The notes under the pieces: model-generated
Databases searched by the model: none
Told to the model about the DNA's origin: nothing
The model's input: only the letters and a program-made list of their open reading frames with translations
Assembly (NCBI GenBank): GCA_001804315.1
Contig: MHFT01000050.1
Coordinates: forward strand, 4,600-68,599
From: Omnitrophica bacterium RIFCSPLOWO2_12_FULL_50_11
GTDB taxonomy: Bacteria; Omnitrophota; Omnitrophia; Omnitrophales; Danuiimicrobiaceae
Length of the DNA: 64,000 nucleotides
Direction of reading: 5' to 3'
Made by a program: the position numbers and the translations under genes
Shown: piece by piece, positions 26,415-36,706 of the stretch
Layout: each line of letters begins with the position of its first letter
Numbering within the stretch: position 1 is the stretch's first letter

Positions 26415-27552
26415 ACTCGAGCTCATTCAAGATTCGCGTGTTCGGGCGCAAGCGAGCTGGCTGGAGCTGAGCCAAGAGGCGCTGAAACACAATTTGCTGC
26501 TCGTCAAGCAATTGACGCTTCCTGGTGCAGCTGTGCTCGCGGTGGTGAAAGCGAATAGCTACGGCCACGGGCTTCGTGAAATAGGTCAATGTCTCCATGA
26601 CGAAGTCGCTTATTTTGGGGTTTCCACGGTTGAGGAAGCGCTGGCCTTGAGGCGAAATGGAATTTCAACGCCAATTCTCCTATTTGGCGTTCCATTTCGC
26701 GAAGCGGTCGAAACTGCGTTGGAATCCGACGTCTCGTTGGCGGTCTCGAGCGTCGAACAAGCGTGCGAGATCGCCCGTACCGCAGAGCGGCTCGCCAAAC
26801 CTGCTGTCATTCATGTAAAAGTTGATACGGGGATGGGGCGGCTCGGGATTCCGGCGCGCGAGGCAATCAGATCCGTCGAAAAAATCGCATCACTCGAAGA
26901 ACTTCGGTTGGAAGGGATCTTCACTCATTTTCCGCAAGGTGAGGGGGAGCAAGACGCCTTTACGCAGAATCAAATTCGTACTTTTCGTGAAGTCATTGAA
27001 GGAGCTTCAAGAAAAGGAATCCATTTTGCATACCGCCATGCCGCGAACACAGTCGGCATCGTGAATTACCGCGAAGCCCATTTCAATTTGGTGCGACCAG
27101 GCATTCTTCTCTATGGCGTACGACCGAGCCGCTCCTTCAAAGGGCATCTTGAGTTGAAACCTGTTCTGAGCTGGAAAGCCAAACTTATTTTACTGAAGCG
27201 ATTACAGGCGGGAGAATCGACCGGATACGGCCGCACCTTTGTTGCCGACCGAGAAACCGTCATTGGTATTTTGCCGGTAGGCTACAGCCATGGTTACTCG
27301 TTCGCCCTCTCGGGCAAAAGCGAGGTTTTGTTTAGCGGAAAGCGTTATCGAGTAGCAGGACGAGTCTCAATGGATTATATCGCCGTCGACTTTGGAACCG
27401 GTTTTGAGGGGAAGGCGGGGGATACAGTGACACTCTTAGGTCGGGAAGGAAATGAAGAAATCACGGTGGAAACTTTAGCAGAACTTTCGGGGACGATTCC
27501 ATACGAGGTGATTACCCGGTTGAGTGGTACAATTCCAAGGATGCTCATATAA
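26407..27552 (+). CDS. alr: Alanine racemase
   Basis: PLP-lysine motif AVVKANSYGHGL; C-terminal beta domain VSMDYIAVD. Confidence 0.85.
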   Translation: MVELELIQDSRVRAQASWLELSQEALKHNLLLVKQLTLPGAAVLAVVKANSYGHGLREIGQCLHDEVAYFGVSTVEEALALRRNGISTPILLFGVPFREAVETALESDVSLAVSSVEQACEIARTAERLAKPAVIHVKVDTGMGRLGIPAREAIRSVEKIASLEELRLEGIFTHFPQGEGEQDAFTQNQIRTFREVIEGASRKGIHFAYRHAANTVGIVNYREAHFNLVRPGILLYGVRPSRSFKGHLELKPVLSWKAKLILLKRLQAGESTGYGRTFVADRETVIGILPVGYSHGYSFALSGKSEVLFSGKRYRVAGRVSMDYIAVDFGTGFEGKAGDTVTLLGREGNEEITVETLAELSGTIPYEVITRLSGTIPRMLI

Positions 27553-27561
27553 GCTGCACAC

Positions 27562-28104
27562 ATGACGTTTCGTATTCTTCATTACGACACCGTAGATTCA
27601 ACCAATAATTTGGCGCGTGCTCTTGCGGAACGAGGCGCTCGGGAAGGAACCGTGATTGTCGCCGATTATCAAACCCACGGCCGCGGCCGTTTTCAGCGGC
27701 GTTGGTATTCGCCGCGCGGGGCTGGTTTGCTCTTTTCCATCATTTTAAGGCCTCGGTTTCAGTCCTCCAAGGCTTCTATATTGACCCATGTGGCGGCACA
27801 GGCCGTTCGGGAGACACTTGAGAAACAATTTGGTTTACAGGCCCGGCTGAAGAAACCGAATGACGTGGTTGTCGGAGGAAAAAAAATTGCTGGTGTTCTC
27901 GCAGAGGCTAGTGGCCAGCAACGTACCTTATCCTACGTGGTCATCGGGATAGGCCTCAACGTCAATACGAAGGCAAAGGATCTTTTGCAGACCGCGACGT
28001 CTATGTACGTGGAAACAGCTGGACGGCTTGAGCTACATTCTATTCTCAATTCAGTGCTCGGAATTTTCGGCAGGATGTATGTGGGGATCATCGCCCACCA
28101 TTGA
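27562..28104 (+). CDS. birA: Biotin--protein ligase catalytic domain (group I BirA-like, no N-terminal HTH, short C-terminus)
   Basis: GRGRFQRRWYSPRGAGLLFSIIL (GRGRxGRxWxSPxG). The last codons overlap a family-A repeat. Confidence 0.75.
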   Translation: MTFRILHYDTVDSTNNLARALAERGAREGTVIVADYQTHGRGRFQRRWYSPRGAGLLFSIILRPRFQSSKASILTHVAAQAVRETLEKQFGLQARLKKPNDVVVGGKKIAGVLAEASGQQRTLSYVVIGIGLNVNTKAKDLLQTATSMYVETAGRLELHSILNSVLGIFGRMYVGIIAHH

Positions 28105-28133
28105 TACGCAAGCAACAAAATGGTGGGGGATCA
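28083..28133. repeat. Family-A element (degenerate) overlapping the birA 3' end: GATCATCGCCCACCATT - 18-nt loop - AATGGTGGGGGATCA
   Basis: Loop GATACGCAAGCAACAAAA shares TTGCGTA (as rc) with the other copies. Confidence 0.75.
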
Positions 28134-28218
28134 ATCATGGTACCGTAGGACATAGGGTACGCAATCGCTGGAGCGTGGAGGATCTGGACCACAACGAATT
28201 GACATTTGGACGATCGCT

Positions 28219-28983
28219 ATGAACTATAACCTGTTGATATGTCTAGACTTAGGTAATTCATGTGCAACGTACGGCATTCATAGAGGTGGGAGGCTGTGTG
28301 CGACAGGATATGTCCCATCAGTCGATATCCCAGATCTTATGCGAATTATAAGGAAAAGTGGGACACAGGACATATCGATTGACTACATGATATGTAGTGT
28401 CGTCCCAGATTTGACAAGAAAACTTGTAGCCTCCATAAAAAAGTTGAGGAACACGGATAAGGTGTTTGTAATTGGAAAAAATCTGAGATTTAGGTTTCCT
28501 ATGCGATATTCGTCGAAATCTCTTGGCGCGGACAGACTCGTAAACCTTTATGGTGCGCGGCTGCTTTACAAAGCTCCTTGCCTTATTGTCGACTTTGGGA
28601 CCGCGATTACCTTCGATTATTTATCGAGGTCAGGCACATTTGAGGGTGGTCTGATTTGCCCGGGCGTGGAATTATCAGCTAAGGCTCTCAGTGAAAAGGC
28701 TGCGCTTTTGCCTTCTCTTACGAAAATTGAGGCGGCTCGGAGTTTACTGGGACGCGGAACGAAAGCAGCGATGTGTGCAGGCCTGCTTAATGGTTTTGGT
28801 GCTCTGGCCGATGGTTTAATCGATAGGTTTCGAAAGGAGTATGATCGGCAGATCAAGGTGATTGCAACAGGCGGCTTTTCGACGCGGATTGCTCCTTATG
28901 TGCATCGTATTGATGTTGTAGATCCGTTGCATACGCTCAAGTCGCTTGCGTTAATTTACAAAAATGAAGTCGGCGAAGCGTAA
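28219..28983 (+). CDS. coaX: Type III pantothenate kinase
   Basis: LLICLDLGNSCATYGIH (ASKHA phosphate-1 motif), VDFGTAITFD, TGGFS. birA-coaX adjacency is common. Confidence 0.8.
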   Translation: MNYNLLICLDLGNSCATYGIHRGGRLCATGYVPSVDIPDLMRIIRKSGTQDISIDYMICSVVPDLTRKLVASIKKLRNTDKVFVIGKNLRFRFPMRYSSKSLGADRLVNLYGARLLYKAPCLIVDFGTAITFDYLSRSGTFEGGLICPGVELSAKALSEKAALLPSLTKIEAARSLLGRGTKAAMCAGLLNGFGALADGLIDRFRKEYDRQIKVIATGGFSTRIAPYVHRIDVVDPLHTLKSLALIYKNEVGEA

Positions 28984-28995
28984 GCGGCAGGGCAA

Positions 28996-29460
28996 ATGAG
29001 GAGGCAAAGAAGGCGGTTCTTCAATTTCTTAACGAATGGGCCGCCGCAGCGGTATTTCGTCGCGTTGCAATTTTGCATCCTTGCCGCGATGTTGCTGTTT
29101 CTCTTGTATGGTTCATTTTATCTGTTCGGCCAGTTTTCGTTGTCAGCACAGGAGCTTGTGTCCACGCCGGCTGAATTCCGTGTTGAGCTGAAAGAATGGT
29201 ACTCACACGTCGTCTTTGCCCTCGCAGGCGTCTTTATGATCGGTTTTGTGATCAATTCGCTCATCGGGCTTATGTTTCTGCATCGCGTGGTGGGTCCGCT
29301 CGTTCAAGTGAAACGAATACTTGATTTGCTTGCAGAAGGAGAATTTCCAGATGGGATCGTTCGGTTTCGCCGCGGAGATTTTACACCAGAGCTTGCGGAG
29401 TCGCTCAATCGGTTAATTGACTTCCTGAGGCATCATGCTTCTGGCCGAGGACGGCGCTAA
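28996..29460 (+). CDS. Small membrane protein: 2 TM helices plus a HAMP-like domain and no output domain
   Basis: LHRVVGPLVQVKRILDLLAEGEF...RFRRGDFTPELAESLNRLIDFL resembles HAMP AS1-connector-AS2. Paralogous to the next gene. Confidence 0.5.
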   Translation: MRRQRRRFFNFLTNGPPQRYFVALQFCILAAMLLFLLYGSFYLFGQFSLSAQELVSTPAEFRVELKEWYSHVVFALAGVFMIGFVINSLIGLMFLHRVVGPLVQVKRILDLLAEGEFPDGIVRFRRGDFTPELAESLNRLIDFLRHHASGRGRR

Positions 29461-29482
29461 GATCTAAGGAATCTGATCGCAC

Positions 29483-29929
29483 ATGTCAGCTTCGAAACGT
29501 TCTAGATCATTGGGTTTAAACATAACGGGGCCGGTTCAAAGAACATTTATTTTGCTTGAATTCATTCTGCTCATGTTAACAATGATTTATCTCTTGTATC
29601 TTATATTTACAACAATTGAGAGCGTCGCAGGGCCCGTAGATACGGCGAAACCCTTCGTTCTCGAGGACGTACTTGACCGAATTAATTTTTTACTTCTGAC
29701 ACGAATTTCGGTTTTATTTCTGGTTGTGTTTGTCGTCAATGTGCTTTTAGGTCTTTTTTATTTACATCGGTTGACCGGACCGCTTGTCAGAATTACGGCG
29801 GTGTTAACTCAGATTGCTCACGGGAAGGTTCCGACACGGGCAGTCACGTTAAGGAGAGGTGATTTTCCAACCGATGTGAGCGACGCGCTCTCAAAGGCGC
29901 TAGAGCGGATTCGCCAGTGGCAGCGGTAA
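29483..29929 (+). CDS. Small membrane protein: 2 TM helices plus a HAMP-like domain. Tandem paralog of 28996..29460
   Basis: LHRLTGPLVRITAVLTQIAHGKVPTRAVTLRRGDFPTDVSDALSKALERI aligns residue-for-residue with the upstream paralog. Confidence 0.5.
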   Translation: MSASKRSRSLGLNITGPVQRTFILLEFILLMLTMIYLLYLIFTTIESVAGPVDTAKPFVLEDVLDRINFLLLTRISVLFLVVFVVNVLLGLFYLHRLTGPLVRITAVLTQIAHGKVPTRAVTLRRGDFPTDVSDALSKALERIRQWQR

Positions 29930-30038
29930 AAGAGGCGTGGCTTCCGAGTTTCCGACCCCTTTATCCGGACGGATCTTGCGACGTCTTGGCTTGCGGTGAC
30001 CCTTTCACGCCGTAACCAGAAATAGCTTCTAGGGATTT

Positions 30039-31169
30039 TTGGACGCCCCACTTTACAGGCGAGTCTTCTGGATGAGAAAATGGGCGATCGTGTTAGGGCT
30101 GATTCTTATGGTTTTGGCGTCTCAGAGCTCACGGGCCGAGGTTGAGGAAGAGCACAGAATGAAACAGGAAGAGGCGATTTTGGCGGGGGGTTGTTTCTGG
30201 TGCATCGAATCCGCTTTGGAACATGTACCGGGCGTTGTCGAGGTGATGTCGGGCTATACGGGCGGCAGTCAAGCCGATCCGACTTATGAAGAAGTGTCTG
30301 CAAAGCAGACAGGGCATTACGAGGCCGTAAAAGTGATTTTCGATCCTTCCAGGTTGAGTTACAAAGAAGTGCTCGATCAATTCTGGCGGAATATCAATCC
30401 CACGGACGAGGGAGGCCAATTCTCGGACCGCGGCCCCCAGTATCGGACCGCCATTTTCTATTTAAATGAAGAGCAGAGAAAGATCGCGGACGCCTCCAAG
30501 TCTAAAATGGAGGTATCCGGAACGTACGACAAACCCATTGTGACACCGATCCTCAAGGCCGGACCGTTTTATCGTGCCGAGGACTACCATCAGGACTACT
30601 ATCGGAAAAACCCCTTGCACTACAGACTTTACCGGTGGGGTTCTGGACGAGATCAGTATCTCAACAAAATATGGGAAGTGGCGAAAGCAAATCCATCAGT
30701 GAAAGGCGGCAACGCAATGGCGACGAAAAAATACGGAGGGCGCACGGATTCCGAGCTTAAGAAAAGATTGACACCGCTTCAATACAATGTGACACAAAAG
30801 GGCAGGACTGAAGCGCCATTTGCAAACGAGTATTGGAACAATAAAAAAGAAGGGATTTACGTGGATATTGTTTCGGGCGAGCCGCTTTTCAGCTCCACGG
30901 ACAAATTCGATTCGGGTACGGGTTGGCCAAGTTTCACAAAGCTCTTGGTTCCCGAAAATATCGTGGAAAAGGAAGACCGAAAGTTTTGGATGGTCCGCAC
31001 TGAGGTCCGAAGCAAGCACGGCGATTCCCACTTGGGGCATGTCTTCGACGACAGGCCTCGCCCGACCGGGCTCCGCTACTGCATCAATTCTGCCGCATTA
31101 AAATTTATCCCTAAGGAAGACCTTGCCAAGGAAGGCTACGGGGAGCACCTGAAGCTTTTCGAGGCGTAG
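30039..31169 (+). CDS. msrAB: Secreted bifunctional peptide methionine sulfoxide reductase MsrA/MsrB
   Basis: Signal peptide; MsrA GGCFWCIE; MsrB HLGHVFDD...RYCINSAAL. Confidence 0.85.
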   Translation: MDAPLYRRVFWMRKWAIVLGLILMVLASQSSRAEVEEEHRMKQEEAILAGGCFWCIESALEHVPGVVEVMSGYTGGSQADPTYEEVSAKQTGHYEAVKVIFDPSRLSYKEVLDQFWRNINPTDEGGQFSDRGPQYRTAIFYLNEEQRKIADASKSKMEVSGTYDKPIVTPILKAGPFYRAEDYHQDYYRKNPLHYRLYRWGSGRDQYLNKIWEVAKANPSVKGGNAMATKKYGGRTDSELKKRLTPLQYNVTQKGRTEAPFANEYWNNKKEGIYVDIVSGEPLFSSTDKFDSGTGWPSFTKLLVPENIVEKEDRKFWMVRTEVRSKHGDSHLGHVFDDRPRPTGLRYCINSAALKFIPKEDLAKEGYGEHLKLFEA

Positions 31170-31303
31170 TGGTTTTGCTTGCTCCTTGTTCTATGAAACG
31201 ATATGGGGAATCTGATATTCCTAGCCGGTCAGAGAACTGCTGCAAATAGTTTTTTTTTCTCGGTTGATTTTTTTGGAAAAATAGCAGCATTACTTTCCCT
31301 GAA

Positions 31304-31330
31304 TTAGCAGCCCTTAGTCCTGAGTGCTAA
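31304..31330. promoter_or_regulatory. CIRCE-like HrcA operator, copy 1 (TTAGCAGCC-N9-GAGTGCTAA)
   Basis: Right half-site perfect, left half-site has 2 mismatches to TTAGCACTC. Confidence 0.5.
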
Positions 31331-31356
31331 TCATTTTTTAGAGGTAATTTTTTCAG

Positions 31357-31421
31357 TTGACTCTTTTTCGAAACATGGTATCATCACACCTTCGTTAGCA
31401 CTCTGATCGGTCGAGTGCCAA
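31357..31421 (+). promoter_or_regulatory. groEL promoter (TTGACT-16-TATCAT) followed immediately by a CIRCE element TTAGCACTC-N9-GAGTGCCAA
   Basis: -35 at 31357-31362, -10 at 31379-31384, CIRCE at 31395-31421 with 1 mismatch to consensus. Confidence 0.7.
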
Positions 31422-31507
31422 AGTAGAGGAAGTCCAGTTCGTCTGGATTTTGCCGGAATGTAGTTGCTGTTATGACTCAGCATTTGTTGCTTCAATAGTC
31501 AAACTAA

Positions 31508-33151
<1,644 letters not shown>

Positions 33152-33280
33152 TATTGAAGAATCGAGAATAAAAAAGCACAAGGCAGTAGCGCGGTAAGCA
33201 GCACACATAAGATCGGTTTCATTGCATGTGGCCGACTGCCTGGTGCCGAGAGTTATACTGACATTAGGAGGGTAGACGAA

Positions 33281-33568
33281 ATGAGCATTAAACCGTTGGG
33301 CGACCGAGTACTGGTTGAGGTTCTGGAAGCGGAAGAGAAGACAAAGGGAGGGATTATTCTTCCAGATACCGCAAAGGAAGAAAAAACAGAGGGAAAGATC
33401 GTTTCGATTGGACTTGGAAAAGTACTGGAATCGGGTAAGAGGCAGCCAATCGACGTGAAAAAAGGCGACCGCATCATTTTTGGAAAATATCACGGAGACG
33501 AAATCTTGATTGACGGTAAAAAGCATAAGGTCCTCAAAGAAGAAGATATCCTCGCCGTTTACGGATAA
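33281..33568 (+). CDS. groES: Co-chaperonin GroES, located downstream of groEL
   Basis: MSIKPLGDRVLVEVLEAEEKTKGGIILPDTAKEEKTEGKIVSIG. SD AGGAGGG upstream. Confidence 0.9.
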   Translation: MSIKPLGDRVLVEVLEAEEKTKGGIILPDTAKEEKTEGKIVSIGLGKVLESGKRQPIDVKKGDRIIFGKYHGDEILIDGKKHKVLKEEDILAVYG

Positions 33569-33791
33569 ACCGATTTAACAAAACCCACCCACCACTTTCC
33601 TTACAGCGGCTCGTAAGCGACGCTGAGCCGCTGTAAGAGGAAGCATCGTACGACGGGTGCCACGCAGATTTTCCTAATTTCCGTTTGACAACGTTGGCAT
33701 AATCCTATTAGATATAAACCACATTAATCTTCCTGCCGGTATGTTTTATCCTTTATGAGCGGTTGATCACATAGAGGGAGGGCTTTTTTCA

Positions 33792-34952
33792 ATGGGCGAG
33801 TGGATCGGTCGAGACCGTAAAGCGAGGCGGTGTTATGGATTTGATGAAGTCGCACTTGTTCCCGGGACCGTGACGATTAACCCCGCCGAGGTGGAGATCG
33901 GCTGGGAATTGAATGGCGAACGGTTTCCAATCCCGTTCATAGCATCGGCTATGGATGGCGTTGTGGATCCAAATTTTGCGGTGACGATGGGGAAGCTGGG
34001 CGGTATTGCGGTGCTCAATCTAGAAGGTATTTATACGCGTTATGACGATTACGATTCCATTTTAGCGGACATCGCAAAAGCGTCGCCGGAGAAAGCAACG
34101 ACGCTGGTTCAAAAACTTTACACACAGCCGATTAAGGAAAAGCTGATTTCGAAGCGCATCCGGGAAATTAAAAAAGGTGGAGTGCGTGCTGCGGTGAGTG
34201 CGATTCCCCAGCGTGCCGAGAAGTTCGGGCACATTGCGCAAGAAGCAGGATGCGATATTTTTGTGGTTCAATCTACGGTCACCACGGTCCGGCATATTTC
34301 AAAGGCGTATCAGGTGGTTGATCTCAAGAAATTCTGCAGACAAATCAAGATTCCCGTTATTGTGGGCAATTGCGTGACCTATCAAGTGGCCCTGGAACTG
34401 ATGGATACGGGTGCGCGTGCTTTGCTGATTGGCATTGGGCCAGGTTCTGCCTGCACGACACGCGGCGTTCTTGGATTGGGGGTCCCACAAGTCACCGCAA
34501 TTTGTGATTCCATGGCTGCCCGTGATTTTTATTTTAAAAGGACGAAGCGCTACGTTCCAATTATTGCGGACGGAGGGATGTCGACGGGAGGCGACGTTTG
34601 CAAAGCGTTCGCCTGTGGAGCGGATGCGGTGATGATCGGTTCTGCCTTTGCGCGCGCAAGAGAAGCGCCGGGACGTGGTTATCATTGGGGAATGGCGACG
34701 CCCCATGCAAACCTACCGCGCGGGACGAGGATCAAAGTCGGGACCACCGGATCCCTTGAAGAAATTTTGTTTGGGCCCGCGCGCCATGACGATGGAAGCG
34801 AAAATTTGGTGGGGGCACTCAAAACCTGTATGGGCAGTGCGGGCGCACGAACGATTAAGGAATTTCACTTTAGCGAGATTATTATCGCGCCCGCCATTAA
34901 GACCGAAGGGAAACTTTTCCAAGCTGCTCAAAAAGTGGGCATGATGAAATGA
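33792..34952 (+). CDS. IMP dehydrogenase family protein lacking the CBS subdomain (GuaB3-like/IMPDH-related)
   Basis: Catalytic loop [45 protein letters not shown]. Only 386 aa, so there is no room for a Bateman domain. Confidence 0.7.
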   Translation: MGEWIGRDRKARRCYGFDEVALVPGTVTINPAEVEIGWELNGERFPIPFIASAMDGVVDPNFAVTMGKLGGIAVLNLEGIYTRYDDYDSILADIAKASPEKATTLVQKLYTQPIKEKLISKRIREIKKGGVRAAVSAIPQRAEKFGHIAQEAGCDIFVVQSTVTTVRHISKAYQVVDLKKFCRQIKIPVIVGNCVTYQVALELMDTGARALLIGIGPGSACTTRGVLGLGVPQVTAICDSMAARDFYFKRTKRYVPIIADGGMSTGGDVCKAFACGADAVMIGSAFARAREAPGRGYHWGMATPHANLPRGTRIKVGTTGSLEEILFGPARHDDGSENLVGALKTCMGSAGARTIKEFHFSEIIIAPAIKTEGKLFQAAQKVGMMK

Positions 34953-34992
34953 CTTTTCACCCTTCTTTCCAAGTAAAGAGGGGTGAAAAGTC
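34951..34992 (+). terminator. 12-bp stem hairpin immediately after the IMPDH-like stop (GACTTTTCACCC...GGGTGAAAAGTC). Terminator-like but with no U-run
   Basis: Perfect inverted repeat read from sequence; the stop codon TGA lies in the left arm. Confidence 0.35.
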
Positions 34993-35102
34993 ATTGCATG
35001 GATCGCATCCTCGCAATGACGGCTGCGGTGGGCTTCTCCCTCGGAATGACGGTGCAGTGCAAGGCCGTCGGCTACCGTTTGGCATGCTGGCCTCGCCATG
35101 AC
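34990..35102. repeat. Family-B fragment array: partial GTCATTGC, then three direct copies of the CCTCGCAATGACGG-like terminal motif (35008, 35038, 35091). The last supplies the guaA ATG
   Basis: CCTCGCAATGACGG, CCCTCGGAATGACGG, CCTCGCCATGACAA. Confidence 0.7.
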
Positions 35103-36648
35103 AAACGCTAAAACAGACACGATCGTCATACTCGATTTTGGTTCTCAATACACACAGCTGATCGCAAGACGCGTGCGGGAGCAGAACATTTTTTCTCTCA
35201 TTCACCCGTACTCCATTTCGCTCGGAGAGATCCGTAAGGTCGAGCCCAAAGGCATTATACTTTCCGGTTCACCCTGTAATGTTTATCAAAAGAATGCACC
35301 CATCCCGGATCCTGGCATCTTTTCTCTCGGCGTTCCGATCCTCGGCATCTGTTACGGTCTCCAGTTGATCGGACATTTGTTTCAGGGGACGGTGAAGAAC
35401 GTAAAAAAACGTGAGTATGGGCCTGCTTGCCTCAAGGTGGACCGTAATGAAGACTTATTCCACGGCCTTCCCAAGGAAATCGACTGCTGGATGAGTCACG
35501 GTGATCAGGTGATCAAGTTAGGCAAGGACTTTGACCGGATCGCGCATACGCGCACATCTCCAATCGCAGGTTTTCGAGACACGAAACGCCGGATCTATGG
35601 CGTTCAGTTTCACCCTGAAGTGACACACACGCCTCTTGGCCACAAAATCTTTCATAATTTTCTGTATCGGATTTGCAGGGTTAAAAGAGAATGGACGCCT
35701 CGATCTTTTGTTCGGGAGTCGATTCGATCCATTTGCAAGCAGGTAGGAACCGGCCGGGTCGTACTCGGTTTATCGGGAGGTGTGGACTCCTCTGTGACGG
35801 CCGCATTGCTTCATCGGGCTATTGGGTCGGAGCTCACCTGTATTTTTGTGGATAACGGTCTGCTTCGCTTGGGCGAGCGGGAACGCGTCCGACGGACTTT
35901 TCGCGAGCACTTTAGGATGAAGCTTCGAATCGTCGACGCCTCAAAAGAATTTTTAAAGGCACTGCGTGGTGTCGAAGATCCTGAGCGGAAAAGGAAAATA
36001 ATTGGGAGGACCTTCGTTCGCGTTTTTGAACAGGAAGCAAAAAAACTGGGGCGGGTTTCCTTTCTGGGGCAGGGGACGCTTTATCCGGATGTGATCGAAT
36101 CGGTTTCGTTTCATGGGGGTCCCACTCAAACCATTAAGTCGCATCATAATGTGGGCGGCCTTCCGCGGAAAATGAGGCTCAAACTCATCGAACCGCTTCG
36201 AGAGTTATTTAAAGACGAGGTTCGCCGGATCGGCCGGACCTTGCGTTTGCCAAAGGAAGTGGTCGATCGCCAACCTTTTCCGGGACCAGGACTGGCGGTG
36301 CGAATCTTGGGGTCAGTCACCAAGGAACGTTGCGATTTGCTCAGACAAGCGGATTGGATCGTGATTGACGAAATGAAGAAGGCTGGTCTTTATTACCGAC
36401 TTTGGCAGAGTTTCGCCGTTTTACTCCCCGTAAAAAGCGTTGGGGTGATGGGGGATGAGCGCACGTATGAGCATGTCATTGCCATTCGAGCGGTGACTTC
36501 GCAAGACGCGATGACGGCAGATTGGGCTCGGATCCCAAACGATGTTCTCAGTCGGATCTCGAACCGGATCATGAATGAAGTTCACCGTGTGAACCGCGTC
36601 TGCTACGATATCTCAAGTAAGCCTCCAGCCACGATCGAGTGGGAATAA
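35098..36648 (+). CDS. guaA: GMP synthase (glutamine-hydrolysing)
   Basis: ILDFGSQYTQLIARRVRE (GATase), GGVDSSV (PP-loop ATPase), C-terminal dimerisation domain. Confidence 0.9.
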   Translation: MTNAKTDTIVILDFGSQYTQLIARRVREQNIFSLIHPYSISLGEIRKVEPKGIILSGSPCNVYQKNAPIPDPGIFSLGVPILGICYGLQLIGHLFQGTVKNVKKREYGPACLKVDRNEDLFHGLPKEIDCWMSHGDQVIKLGKDFDRIAHTRTSPIAGFRDTKRRIYGVQFHPEVTHTPLGHKIFHNFLYRICRVKREWTPRSFVRESIRSICKQVGTGRVVLGLSGGVDSSVTAALLHRAIGSELTCIFVDNGLLRLGERERVRRTFREHFRMKLRIVDASKEFLKALRGVEDPERKRKIIGRTFVRVFEQEAKKLGRVSFLGQGTLYPDVIESVSFHGGPTQTIKSHHNVGGLPRKMRLKLIEPLRELFKDEVRRIGRTLRLPKEVVDRQPFPGPGLAVRILGSVTKERCDLLRQADWIVIDEMKKAGLYYRLWQSFAVLLPVKSVGVMGDERTYEHVIAIRAVTSQDAMTADWARIPNDVLSRISNRIMNEVHRVNRVCYDISSKPPATIEWE

Positions 36649-36660
36649 TTTTGCCAGCGT

Positions 36661-36706
36661 CGTCATCCTGAGCCCGCCACGATTTGCGGCGGGCTCAGGA
36701 TGACGG
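36661..36706. repeat. Perfect 18-bp-stem hairpin CGTCATCCTGAGCCCGCC-ACGATTTGC-GGCGGGCTCAGGATGACGG, related to family B by the shared GTCAT...ATGACGG termini
   Basis: Read from sequence. The ATG at 36700 inside the right arm is the ORF-track start of dnaE. Confidence 0.8.
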
